Part shown: piece after piece, positions 1 to 7,298 of the stretch
Layout: each line of letters opens with the position of its first letter
How positions within the stretch are numbered: the first letter of the stretch is position 1
DNA from: a virus
Taxonomy: Duplodnaviria > Heunggongvirae > Uroviricota > Caudoviricetes
Length of the DNA: 11,873 nt
IMG/VR virus record: IMGVR_UViG_2695420792_000013
Coordinates: 1-11,873 of that record
Direction: 5' to 3' (one strand)
Program-made: the position numbers and the translations under genes
Notes under the pieces: generated by a model
What the model was told of the DNA's origin: nothing
Seen by the model: the letters and a program-made list of their open reading frames with translations, nothing else
Databases searched by the model: none

Positions 1-318
1 ATGAAAAAGATAGCTGCTATATCATTAATTAGTATTTTTATTATGTCTGGTTGTGCTGTGCATAATGATGAGACAAGTATCGGTAAATTTGGTCTTGCAT
101 ATAAAAGTAATATTCAGCGTAAACTCGATAACCAATACTACACCGAAGCCGAAGCTTCTTTAGCCAGGGGTAGAATATCTGGTGCAGAAAATATAGTAAA
201 AAATGATGCAACTCATTTCTGTGTTACTCAGGGCAAAAAAATGCAAATAGTTGAGCTGAAGACAGAAGGTGTAGGATTACATGGTGTCGCTCGTCTGACA
301 TTCAAATGTGGAGAGTGA
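1..318 (+). CDS. Putative lipoprotein, host-side flanking gene
   Basis: 105-aa ORF with an N-terminal hydrophobic signal-like segment ending in a cysteine (IFIMSGC), consistent with a lipobox. Lies outside the prophage, left of the att core. Size and position would fit yegR beside the K-12 P2 remnant, but that is recalled synteny only. Confidence 0.55.
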   Translation: MKKIAAISLISIFIMSGCAVHNDETSIGKFGLAYKSNIQRKLDNQYYTEAEASLARGRISGAENIVKNDATHFCVTQGKKMQIVELKTEGVGLHGVARLTFKCGE

Positions 319-380
319 GAATATTTTTTGGTAAGCGTCAAATATGCGCGTTCTGGCTGTGCGTAGCCGGAACCTGTGGG

Positions 381-413
381 AGCACGATGCCGATAAGTGA
401 AAGGCATCGTGCT
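381..413. repeat. Perfect 11-bp inverted repeat (AGCACGATGCC-N11-GGCATCGTGCT)
   Basis: Seen directly in the sequence. Sits in host-side DNA between the lipoprotein gene and the att core. No U-tract follows on either strand, so it is not a classic intrinsic terminator. Confidence 0.5.
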
Positions 414-477
414 ATGAAGGAGGATTCTATCGATGTGGTCAATGGAAGACGGTTACCAGAGATAGGGCTTATGCATA

Positions 478-504
478 AAAAAATAAGCCCGTGTAAGGGA
501 GATT
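478..504. other. P2-type attachment-site core (attL junction)
   Basis: AAAAAATAAGCCCGTGTAAGGGAGATT matches the 27-bp P2 att core as I recall it. It lies about 80 bp beyond the 3' end of int, as in P2 attP. Confidence 0.5.
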
Positions 505-583
505 TAGGGTGTCACCAGTAGGGGCTTTCAACGGTACAATGCGGGTTTGAGCGGCATAAATTACCACTGAAAGCCCTTAAACG

Positions 584-1597
584 TTACTCTACTGTGGACA
601 CTGTGTGGACACTCTCGGCCTCAGTACCACCTCTTAGCGGATTAAGAGAAATGGCGTCCTGAAGGTACTCTGGCGCAAAATGAGCGTAAACCATAGTTTG
701 CTCAATCCGCGTGTGACCTAGTATCCGTTGTAGCGTGATAATACTTCCTCCATTAATCATGAAATGAGTGGCAAAGCTGTGCCTTAGTGCATGTGTGGCT
801 TGCCCCATTGGCAAATCCGGTTTTATTGCTTTCATTGTTCGTCTGAAGCGAGGGTAATCAGCATCAGGGAATAAAAAACCTCGTTTGTTATCCGCGATCA
901 TTTTGGCAACAGCCTCTGAGATCGGGACGGTGCGTGGTTTGTTTGTTTTCGTTTTAACAAACGTGACGCGGTTATGGATGATATTTTCTGCTTTCAAACG
1001 AGCTGCTTCTCCCCAACGTGCTCCAGTACTCAGGCAAAGAATCGCAATCTTTTTGTTGTCGCCGTCAAGAGCAGCAAGCAGTAAGGCAATTTCTTCCTGC
1101 GTGAGATAGCCTGTGTCTGGTTTTTCCTCCTTAAGCCTTTTTGTCCCTCTGATAGGGTGCTCACCAAAGAATAACTCCGCTTCAATCAGGGCTGTAAACA
1201 TGCCGCTAATACATGTTAAATCACGATTGATACTCGAAGGTTTAATACCCTGACTTCTTCGGGTGGCGCAGTACTGGCTGATAAGCGATTTCGTAATTTG
1301 AAATGCGCATGGGTCATTCGTTATTTTTGTGAAGATTTCAATTTTTCCAAGATTAGATTTCCCATGCTCTTCGTGTTTACCCTTTAAATCCCACCAGATC
1401 TGTGTCAGCTCCGACAGACGTCGCTTGTCTGTTGGTTTTGATAGCCATTCTTTATTGTGGTGGTTGTACAACGTGTATTTCTCGAAAGCGACAGCTTCGC
1501 TTTTCTTATCAAACTTCCTACGGATGCGTTTTCCATTACGTCCAGTAGGGCGGATGTCCACTTCATATCGACCATCATCGAGTTTTTTGATTGCCAT
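584..1597 (-). CDS. int: Tyrosine site-specific integrase, P2 Int-like
   Basis: 337-aa ORF, the same length as P2 Int. Carries a tyrosine-recombinase C-terminal signature (HALRHSFATH ... LGHTRIEQTMVYAH). Sits next to the att core and is co-oriented with the repressor gene. Confidence 0.9.
   Translation of the reverse strand: MAIKKLDDGRYEVDIRPTGRNGKRIRRKFDKKSEAVAFEKYTLYNHHNKEWLSKPTDKRRLSELTQIWWDLKGKHEEHGKSNLGKIEIFTKITNDPCAFQITKSLISQYCATRRSQGIKPSSINRDLTCISGMFTALIEAELFFGEHPIRGTKRLKEEKPDTGYLTQEEIALLLAALDGDNKKIAILCLSTGARWGEAARLKAENIIHNRVTFVKTKTNKPRTVPISEAVAKMIADNKRGFLFPDADYPRFRRTMKAIKPDLPMGQATHALRHSFATHFMINGGSIITLQRILGHTRIEQTMVYAHFAPEYLQDAISLNPLRGGTEAESVHTVSTVE
593..611. promoter_or_regulatory. 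Tandem TGTGGACA direct repeats, candidate Int arm-type binding sites
   Basis: Two exact TGTGGACA copies at 593-600 and 604-611, 11 bp apart, overlapping the 3' end of int next to the att core. Confidence 0.4.
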
Positions 1598-1651
1598 CAG
1601 AAAACCCTCCGAGTGGTGTGTTTTTTTGCGACTACTAATCGCTTTTTTCGT

Positions 1652-1672
1652 GGTGGCTGAAATTTAGCCACC
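1652..1672. repeat. Inverted repeat GGTGGCT-N7-AGCCACC in the C-int intergenic region
   Basis: Seen directly. A 12-bp perfect palindrome TGAATATATTCA follows at 1691-1702. Both lie between C and int and could be an attenuator or a protein-binding site. Confidence 0.35.
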
Positions 1673-1712
1673 AATAGTAGGCACTTGTGATGAATATATT
1701 CACGATGAATTG

Positions 1713-2012
1713 TTAACCAGTCTTTTGACCGGAGTGGGGTGACGTTGTTTCGTTTTGCCCAAAGTGTGCGAGAGCGGGCGCAATTTGCCCGGACTCAGGA
1801 GCGATCTGATTGGTCATGAACCATAAAGTGTATTTGGTGAATTGTGGGGTCTGCAGGATGTTCATCATGACATCTGTTGGAGGTGTTGAACGACCACTTT
1901 CATAGTAACTCAGCGTGCCATACGGAACCCCTGTTAAATCAGCAAGTTGTTGTCTGCTCAAATACTCTGATTTTCGCATTAAGACTATCTTCTCGCTTAT
2001 CGTGTTTGACAT
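1713..2012 (-). CDS. C: Immunity repressor, P2 C-like
   Basis: 99-aa ORF, the length of P2 C. Contains an HTH-like segment (LSRQQLADLTGVPYGTLSYYE). Divergent from cox and upstream of int in the same orientation, which is P2 immunity-region synteny. Confidence 0.75.
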   Translation of the reverse strand: MSNTISEKIVLMRKSEYLSRQQLADLTGVPYGTLSYYESGRSTPPTDVMMNILQTPQFTKYTLWFMTNQIAPESGQIAPALAHFGQNETTSPHSGQKTG

Positions 2013-2126
2013 GGTGTTTAGATCTCAATAGTATTTAGTTTAGATGTAGATTGTTTAGTGCTTGGATGTGGGCACTAAAAGGCATTATAAGACATTAAAC
2101 GCAATTCATGAGGGCTAGAGGACGAC
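2013..2126. promoter_or_regulatory. Divergent promoter/operator region (Pe/Pc-like)
   Basis: Intergenic region between divergent C and cox. Contains repeated TTTAG-containing units (about 2013-2021, 2032-2046, 2052-2060) and an 8-bp inverted repeat TTTAGTGC-N10-GCACTAAA (2054-2079). Exact -10/-35 boxes not assigned. Confidence 0.5.
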
Positions 2127-2402
2127 ATGAGCAAGCAAGTAACACTCATGACTGATGCGATTCCTTATCAGGAGTTCGCAAAACTAATAGGAAAATCGAC
2201 AGGAGCGGTTCGTCGGATGATCGATAAAGGAAAGCTGCCTGTAATTGATATGACCGATCCACAATCAGCTTCAGGTCGTGCAGGTGAATATTGGGTATAC
2301 CTTCCGGCATGGAATAACGGACTAAAACTGGCTTATGAAAGCCGCCCTAAAGAGATTCGTGACGGCTGGTTGATGTGGTTAGGTCTCGGTGAACCACGTT
2401 AA
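2127..2402 (+). CDS. cox: Cox-like excisionase / directionality factor and transcriptional regulator
   Basis: 91-aa ORF, the length of P2 Cox. First gene of the rightward early operon, directly opposite C. Confidence 0.75.
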   Translation: MSKQVTLMTDAIPYQEFAKLIGKSTGAVRRMIDKGKLPVIDMTDPQSASGRAGEYWVYLPAWNNGLKLAYESRPKEIRDGWLMWLGLGEPR

Positions 2403-2412
2403 GGAGAACCGT

Positions 2413-2583
2413 ATGAATGAGCCTCGTTGTATTGCTCAGTTACTGCGTAACGAAAGCCCCAGGGCGATTGACTTCACCATCACCCATGGTAAGGGGCGTA
2501 AGGGAATCATTATCCGCACCAAAAAACAGAGTCCGTTAAAAAAGGCTCTGACCTTTCTGAAAAGCCGGAGGGTATGGAAATGA
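2413..2583 (+). CDS. Small hypothetical protein (P2 orf78 position)
   Basis: Listed ORF is 2389-2583. The start is more likely the ATG at 2413, which follows an AAGGAG Shine-Dalgarno at 2401-2406. Positional equivalent of the small ORF between cox and B. Confidence 0.45.
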   Translation: MNEPRCIAQLLRNESPRAIDFTITHGKGRKGIIIRTKKQSPLKKALTFLKSRRVWK

Positions 2584-3080
2584 CAGTGATGACGCTCAAT
2601 CTCGTTGAAAAACAGCCAGCAGCTATGCGCCGGATAATTGGTAAGCATCTTGCCGTTCCTCGCTGGCAGGATACATGTGATTATTATAATCAGATGATGG
2701 AGCGCGAACGGCTAACAGTTTGCTTTCATGCGCAGTTAAAACAGCGTCACGCAACGATGCGTTTTGAAGAAATGAACGACGTCGAACGTGAACGACTGGT
2801 ATGTGCAATTGATGAATTGCGTGGGGCATTCTCAAAACGTCGTCAGGTCGGTGCAAGTGAGTATGCATATATTAGTTTTTTAACAGTCAGTCAGCGTCGT
2901 ACTTTATTTATGCATGCCGGATTGACTGAAAAAGAATTCAACCAGCCATACTGGCGAATTAATGAAGAGTCATGTTACTGGCGTGATGCTTTATTCCGTG
3001 CATTACGTGAATTATTCAGCCTGTTTGAGTATGCACCGACAATTCTGACATCGGTAAAACCAGAGCAATATCTGCATTAA
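2574..3080 (+). CDS. B: Replication protein B-like
   Basis: 168-aa ORF (P2 B is about 166 aa as I recall) in the expected slot between cox and A. Start could be one of the first three Met codons. Confidence 0.7.
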   Translation: MEMTVMTLNLVEKQPAAMRRIIGKHLAVPRWQDTCDYYNQMMERERLTVCFHAQLKQRHATMRFEEMNDVERERLVCAIDELRGAFSKRRQVGASEYAYISFLTVSQRRTLFMHAGLTEKEFNQPYWRINEESCYWRDALFRALRELFSLFEYAPTILTSVKPEQYLH

Positions 3081-3134
3081 GTAATTAACCAGAGTTTTTA
3101 ACGCACTTAATTGTGCGGGGCTTCTTTTTGCCTG

Positions 3135-3368
3135 GAGAAAGTCATGCATACAGTTTCTGAAAATCAGTGCGGTAAATACGCATTACTGCTGCAACAGGCC
3201 AGAACCGAAGCACAGGCCGACGCAGCGACGCGCTTTTCTTCTCATCTTGACGCCATGATTCGCCACATCACAAAGGCGGAGTTATCCCGCGTGGAGATAG
3301 TCGAGCTGCTCAGTCAGGAGTCGGAAAAATTTCACAACATCGGATTGTCTCGCGGGGAGGTGCTTTGA
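3135..3368 (+). CDS. Hypothetical early protein (P2 orf80 position)
   Basis: Listed ORF starts at 3111. The ATG at 3135 is preceded by GGAGAAAGTC and is the more plausible start. The stop overlaps the next start (ATGA-type coupling). Confidence 0.5.
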   Translation, partial: EKVMHTVSENQCGKYALLLQQARTEAQADAATRFSSHLDAMIRHITKAELSRVEIVELLSQESEKFHNIGLSRGEVL

Positions 3369-3670
3369 TGTCCTGTTCTCGTTCAGTTGTTTTACTGAAC
3401 AATGCCTTAAAAATCGCCGTTATGAAAAATGGCGATTTGTCTCTTATTCAACTTGGTCTTGATAAAGAAAAACGCGAAATAACTGAATCTGTTATCGCGA
3501 TTTATCAGAGTGAATTAAACCTCCTGTCTGATGTGGTCAATTTACTTGTTAAACGCGCTGTATTTCACAAGCAAATTTCCTCCGTGGATGAACTGACGAC
3601 ATTAACGACAGAAATCGCCAGCTATTGCGCTGATGAATTTAAAAAACTGAACGACAAAAGGAACTGGTAA
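3365..3670 (+). CDS. Hypothetical early protein (P2 orf81 position)
   Basis: 101-aa ORF, tightly packed with its neighbours in the early operon. Confidence 0.55.
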   Translation: MMSCSRSVVLLNNALKIAVMKNGDLSLIQLGLDKEKREITESVIAIYQSELNLLSDVVNLLVKRAVFHKQISSVDELTTLTTEIASYCADEFKKLNDKRNW

Positions 3671-3894
3671 TGCCGGACAACGTAGATTTTATTCAGGAAC
3701 AACAGGCTGAATTACTGGAGCGCCAGATTAACGCGGCAAGGGTAAAACATTGCGGTGCTTCTGCGCTGGTTTGCGAAGAGTGTGACGCGCCAATACCTGC
3801 TGCCCGTCGTGCGGCTTATCCGTCAGCCACGCGTTGTGTTTCCTGTCAGGCAGTCTTTGAAGCAAAAAACAAACATTACCGGAGAACGGCATGA
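3670..3894 (+). CDS. C4-type zinc-finger protein, TraR/DksA family (P2 orf82 position)
   Basis: 74-aa ORF with CxxC-N17-CxxC (CEECDAPIPAARRAAYPSATRCVSCQ), typical of phage TraR-like proteins. Confidence 0.7.
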   Translation: MPDNVDFIQEQQAELLERQINAARVKHCGASALVCEECDAPIPAARRAAYPSATRCVSCQAVFEAKNKHYRRTA

Positions 3895-4166
3895 GTATTC
3901 GTATTGAAATTGGCGAACGTTATGTCGTTACCAGTGACAGCTTTCAGTTTATTCTCCACGAGAAAAAGAGAGCGGAAAGCGGTAAAAACGCCGGTCAGGA
4001 ATGGCTGGCGGTGGTTGGTTATTACCCGAAATTAAGCCAGCTCGTTTCCGGCCTGATGCATCACGATATTCTGACCGGAAGCGCAAAATCTTTTGCCGAT
4101 TTAAACGTGCAGGTTGAGCAACTCAGCAGGCGTTGTTCAGAGGCTTTTGGCTCATATGGACGTTAA
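3891..4166 (+). CDS. Hypothetical early protein (P2 orf83 position)
   Basis: 91-aa ORF with start overlapping the previous stop, directly upstream of A. Confidence 0.5.
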   Translation: MSIRIEIGERYVVTSDSFQFILHEKKRAESGKNAGQEWLAVVGYYPKLSQLVSGLMHHDILTGSAKSFADLNVQVEQLSRRCSEAFGSYGR

Positions 4167-6279
4167 AGCCTCCGGGCGTTTTGTCCCTCCGTCAGCATTT
4201 GCCGCAGACACCGGTAAGACGTTTACCGGTGCTTATGCATGGAACGCGCCACGCGAGGCTGTCGGGCGCGAAAGACCCCTTACACGTGACGAGATGCGTC
4301 AGGTGCAAGGTGTTTTATCCACGATAAATCGCCTGCCTTATTTTTTGCGCTCGCTGTTTACTTCACGCTATGACTACATCCGGCGCAATAAAAGCCCGGT
4401 GCACGGGTTTTATTTCCTCACATCCACTTTTCAGCGTCGTTTATGGCCGCGTATTGAGCGTGTGAATCAGCGCCATGAAATGAACACCGACGCGTCGTTG
4501 CTGTTTTTGGCAGAGCGTGACCACTATGCACGCCTGCCGGGAATGAATGACAAGGAGCTGAAAAAGTTTGCCGCCCGTATCTCATCGCAGCTTTTCATGA
4601 TGTATGAGGAACTCTGCGATGCCTGGGTGGATGCGCATGGCGAAAAAGAATCGCTGTTTACGGATGAGGCGCAGGCTCACCTGTATGGTCATGTTGCTGG
4701 CGCTGCACGTGCTTTCAATATTTCCCCTCTCTACTGGAAAAAATACCGTAAAGGGCAGATGACCACGAGGCAGGCATATTCTGCCATTGCCCGTCTGTTT
4801 AACGATGAGTGGTGGACTCATCAGCTTAAAGGCCAGCGTATGCGTTGGCATGAGGCGTTACTGATTGCTGTCGGGGAGGTAAATAAAGACCGTTCACCTT
4901 ATGCCAGTAAACATGCTATTCGTGATGTGCGTGCGCGCCGCCAGGCAAATCTGGAATTTCTTAAATCGTGTGACCTTGAAAACAGGGAAACCGGCGAACG
5001 CATCGACCTTATCAGTAAGGTGATGGGCAGTATTTCTAATCCAGAAATTCGCCGGATGGAGCTGATGAACACCATCGCCGGAATTGAGCGTTACGCCGCC
5101 GCAGAGGGTGATGTGGGGATGTTTATCACGCTGACCGCGCCGTCAAAGTATCACCCGACACGTCAGGTCGGAAAAGGCGAAAGTAAAACCGTCCAGCTTA
5201 ATCACGGCTGGAACCATGAGGCATTTAATCCAAAGGATGCGCAGCGTTATCTCTGCCGTATCTGGAGCCTGATGCGCACGGCATTCAAGGATAATGATTT
5301 ACAGGCCTACGGTTTGCGTGTCGTTGAGCCACACCACGACGGAACGCCGCACTGGCATATGATGCTTTTTTGTAATCCACGCCAGCGTAACCAGATTATT
5401 GAAATCATGCGTCGCTATGCGCTCAAAGAGGATGGCGACGAAAGAGGAGCCGCGCGAAACCGTTTTCAGGCAAAACACCTTAACCGGGGCGGTGCTGCGG
5501 GGTATATCGCGAAATACATCTCAAAAAACATCGATGGCTATGCACTGGATGGTCAGCTCGATAACGATACCGGCAGACCGCTGAAAGACACTGCTGCGGC
5601 TGTTACCGCATGGGCGTCAACGTGGCGCATCCCACAATTTAAAACGGTTGGTCTGCCGACAATGGGGGCTTACCGTGAACTACGCAAATTGCCTCGCGGC
5701 GTCAGCATTGCTGATGAGTTTGACGAGCGCGTCGAGGCTGCACGCGCCGCCGCAGACAGTGGTGATTTTGCGTTATATATCAGCGCGCAGGGTGGGGCAA
5801 ATGTCCCGCGCGATTGTCAGACTGTCAGGGTCGCCCGTAGTCCGTCGGATGAAGTTAACGAGTACGAGGAAGAAGTCGAGAGAGTGGTCGGCATTTACGC
5901 GCCGCATCTCGGCGCGCGTCATATTCATATCACCAGAACGACGGACTGGCGCATTGTGCCGAAAGTTCCGGTCGTTGAGCCTTTGACTTTAAAAAGCGGC
6001 ATCGCCGCGCCTCGGAGTCCTGTCAATAACTGTGGAAAGCCTGCCAGCAGTGATACTTCGTTACCGGCTCCCACGCCTTCTGAACATGCCGCAGCAGTGC
6101 TTAATCTGGTAGATGACGGTGTTATCGAATGGAGTGACCCGGAGGTTGTGAGGATTCTAATGGTAGTGTTAAAAGGAGGGGAAGCATACAAAATCAACAA
6201 CGAAGACGATTATCACCGCAAAGTGCCGAACAAGTCAGCTCAGTGGCTAAAACAAAGAATAAATAGAGTGGGTAACTAA
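4114..6279 (+). CDS. A: Rolling-circle replication initiation endonuclease, P2 gpA-like
   Basis: 721-aa ORF. HUH motif HWHMML at 5350-5367. Paired catalytic tyrosines in YIAKYISK (Y codons at 5503-5505 and 5515-5517), the phiX174/P2 gpA signature. True start may be the ATG at 4156, which would minimise overlap with the upstream ORF. Confidence 0.9.
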   Translation: MSNSAGVVQRLLAHMDVKASGRFVPPSAFAADTGKTFTGAYAWNAPREAVGRERPLTRDEMRQVQGVLSTINRLPYFLRSLFTSRYDYIRRNKSPVHGFYFLTSTFQRRLWPRIERVNQRHEMNTDASLLFLAERDHYARLPGMNDKELKKFAARISSQLFMMYEELCDAWVDAHGEKESLFTDEAQAHLYGHVAGAARAFNISPLYWKKYRKGQMTTRQAYSAIARLFNDEWWTHQLKGQRMRWHEALLIAVGEVNKDRSPYASKHAIRDVRARRQANLEFLKSCDLENRETGERIDLISKVMGSISNPEIRRMELMNTIAGIERYAAAEGDVGMFITLTAPSKYHPTRQVGKGESKTVQLNHGWNHEAFNPKDAQRYLCRIWSLMRTAFKDNDLQAYGLRVVEPHHDGTPHWHMMLFCNPRQRNQIIEIMRRYALKEDGDERGAARNRFQAKHLNRGGAAGYIAKYISKNIDGYALDGQLDNDTGRPLKDTAAAVTAWASTWRIPQFKTVGLPTMGAYRELRKLPRGVSIADEFDERVEAARAAADSGDFALYISAQGGANVPRDCQTVRVARSPSDEVNEYEEEVERVVGIYAPHLGARHIHITRTTDWRIVPKVPVVEPLTLKSGIAAPRSPVNNCGKPASSDTSLPAPTPSEHAAAVLNLVDDGVIEWSDPEVVRILMVVLKGGEAYKINNEDDYHRKVPNKSAQWLKQRINRVGN

Positions 6280-6443
6280 ACTCGCTTTGTTTTAGTTTGT
6301 GAATATATGAGACTGGACGCTGAAACCTGACGAGTAGGTTTGTGAGAATGATGATCTATTTGCATTGAGATAATATGTTAAGTTATAGGCTTTCTGCGTT
6401 AGTGCACTTCCCCCCCCCAACCGTAGCAGGGGGAGGTAAAGGG

Positions 6444-7298
6444 TTAAGCAAATCTTAATATTTCTTTAGGTATGGGAGTTGCACAAGCTAATCTTCGTCT
6501 TTCTAACATTAAAGGATCCTTAGTAATTTTCAAATTATTATTGACGGATAAATGTGATTTTAAGGATGACAACCAGAGCTTAATGAACTCAAAGACATAT
6601 TTACCCTTAATGGCTCTTTCGTACGGTAATTCATTGAAGAATGAAATCAATGCTTTTACATCCTCTGAGTCTTCATTTACTTCATAATCTATTAACGTAG
6701 CATTATCCTTGATTGAGATATTTTTATACTCAATATTGATAACTGAAGATATTTTATTGTAGAATTTTGTTTTCCCGTTTGCATTATGATTTACAAATAG
6801 AGGTCGGCATAATTCTTTTGCTAACTTTTGAAATAGTTGGAAGTCGGACTCAAAATCTTTTTTGATACGCGCCAATAAATCAGACTGTGTTATATCCATT
6901 TTGAACTCGTCCTTTAAATAGCTTTTTGTAGAGGAAGAGTTAATAATATAGTTTTCAATTGAATAACATGAAAGAGTAACAATGTTATCAGAATTATGCT
7001 CAAATAGGTCAAAGTCATGATCTACAAAAAAGTAGCAATTGCTTAATATTTCTTGATCATTATGTTGAATTGCATGCTCGTATAACTCAATTATCTGTTT
7101 TTTTCCTTTCGCCACAAGGTGGCCTGCATTAGCATACTCTGGATTGTGTTTCATCCATTCATCGTATACAGGGTAATCATCAACACCTTCAAAAACAAAA
7201 ATTTTATCGAAGGATGATGTTTTAAGTAATATCTCTTGCTTTAACGGATTTCTCGAAAAAGCTTCTTTTTTCATAGTATGTAGGAGATTGTTACTCAT
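6444..7298 (-). CDS. TOPRIM-like (DUF4435-like) nuclease, AriB-like effector candidate
   Basis: 284-aa ORF. TOPRIM-style motifs: IFVFEGVDD (Glu codon at 7188-7190) and FFVDHDFD (DxD at about 7014-7022). Start ATG shares one base with the upstream ATPase stop. Strongly AT-rich coding sequence. Confidence 0.7.
   Translation of the reverse strand: MSNNLLHTMKKEAFSRNPLKQEILLKTSSFDKIFVFEGVDDYPVYDEWMKHNPEYANAGHLVAKGKKQIIELYEHAIQHNDQEILSNCYFFVDHDFDLFEHNSDNIVTLSCYSIENYIINSSSTKSYLKDEFKMDITQSDLLARIKKDFESDFQLFQKLAKELCRPLFVNHNANGKTKFYNKISSVINIEYKNISIKDNATLIDYEVNEDSEDVKALISFFNELPYERAIKGKYVFEFIKLWLSSLKSHLSVNNNLKITKDPLMLERRRLACATPIPKEILRFA

Noticed and set aside
306-521. 71-aa plus-strand ORF spanning the host/prophage junction and the att core
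   Set aside because: It crosses the attachment core and stem-loop repeats, has no ribosome-binding site and no recognisable motifs. Most likely a chance ORF in regulatory DNA.
885-1667. Plus-strand ORFs 885-1109, 1329-1667 and 1457-1660 inside or overlapping int
   Set aside because: They are antisense shadow ORFs of the well-supported integrase gene and its upstream region, with low-complexity translations.
2436-2868. Minus-strand ORFs 2436-2648 and 2623-2868 overlapping the cox-B interval
   Set aside because: Antisense to the tightly packed rightward early operon. No start context or motifs.
4133-6200. Internal and antisense ORFs within gene A (4133-4327, 4582-4851, 5399-5584, 5648-5986, 5925-6200)
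   Set aside because: All are nested in or antisense to the 721-aa replication gene, which carries unambiguous HUH and YxxKY motifs in its own frame.
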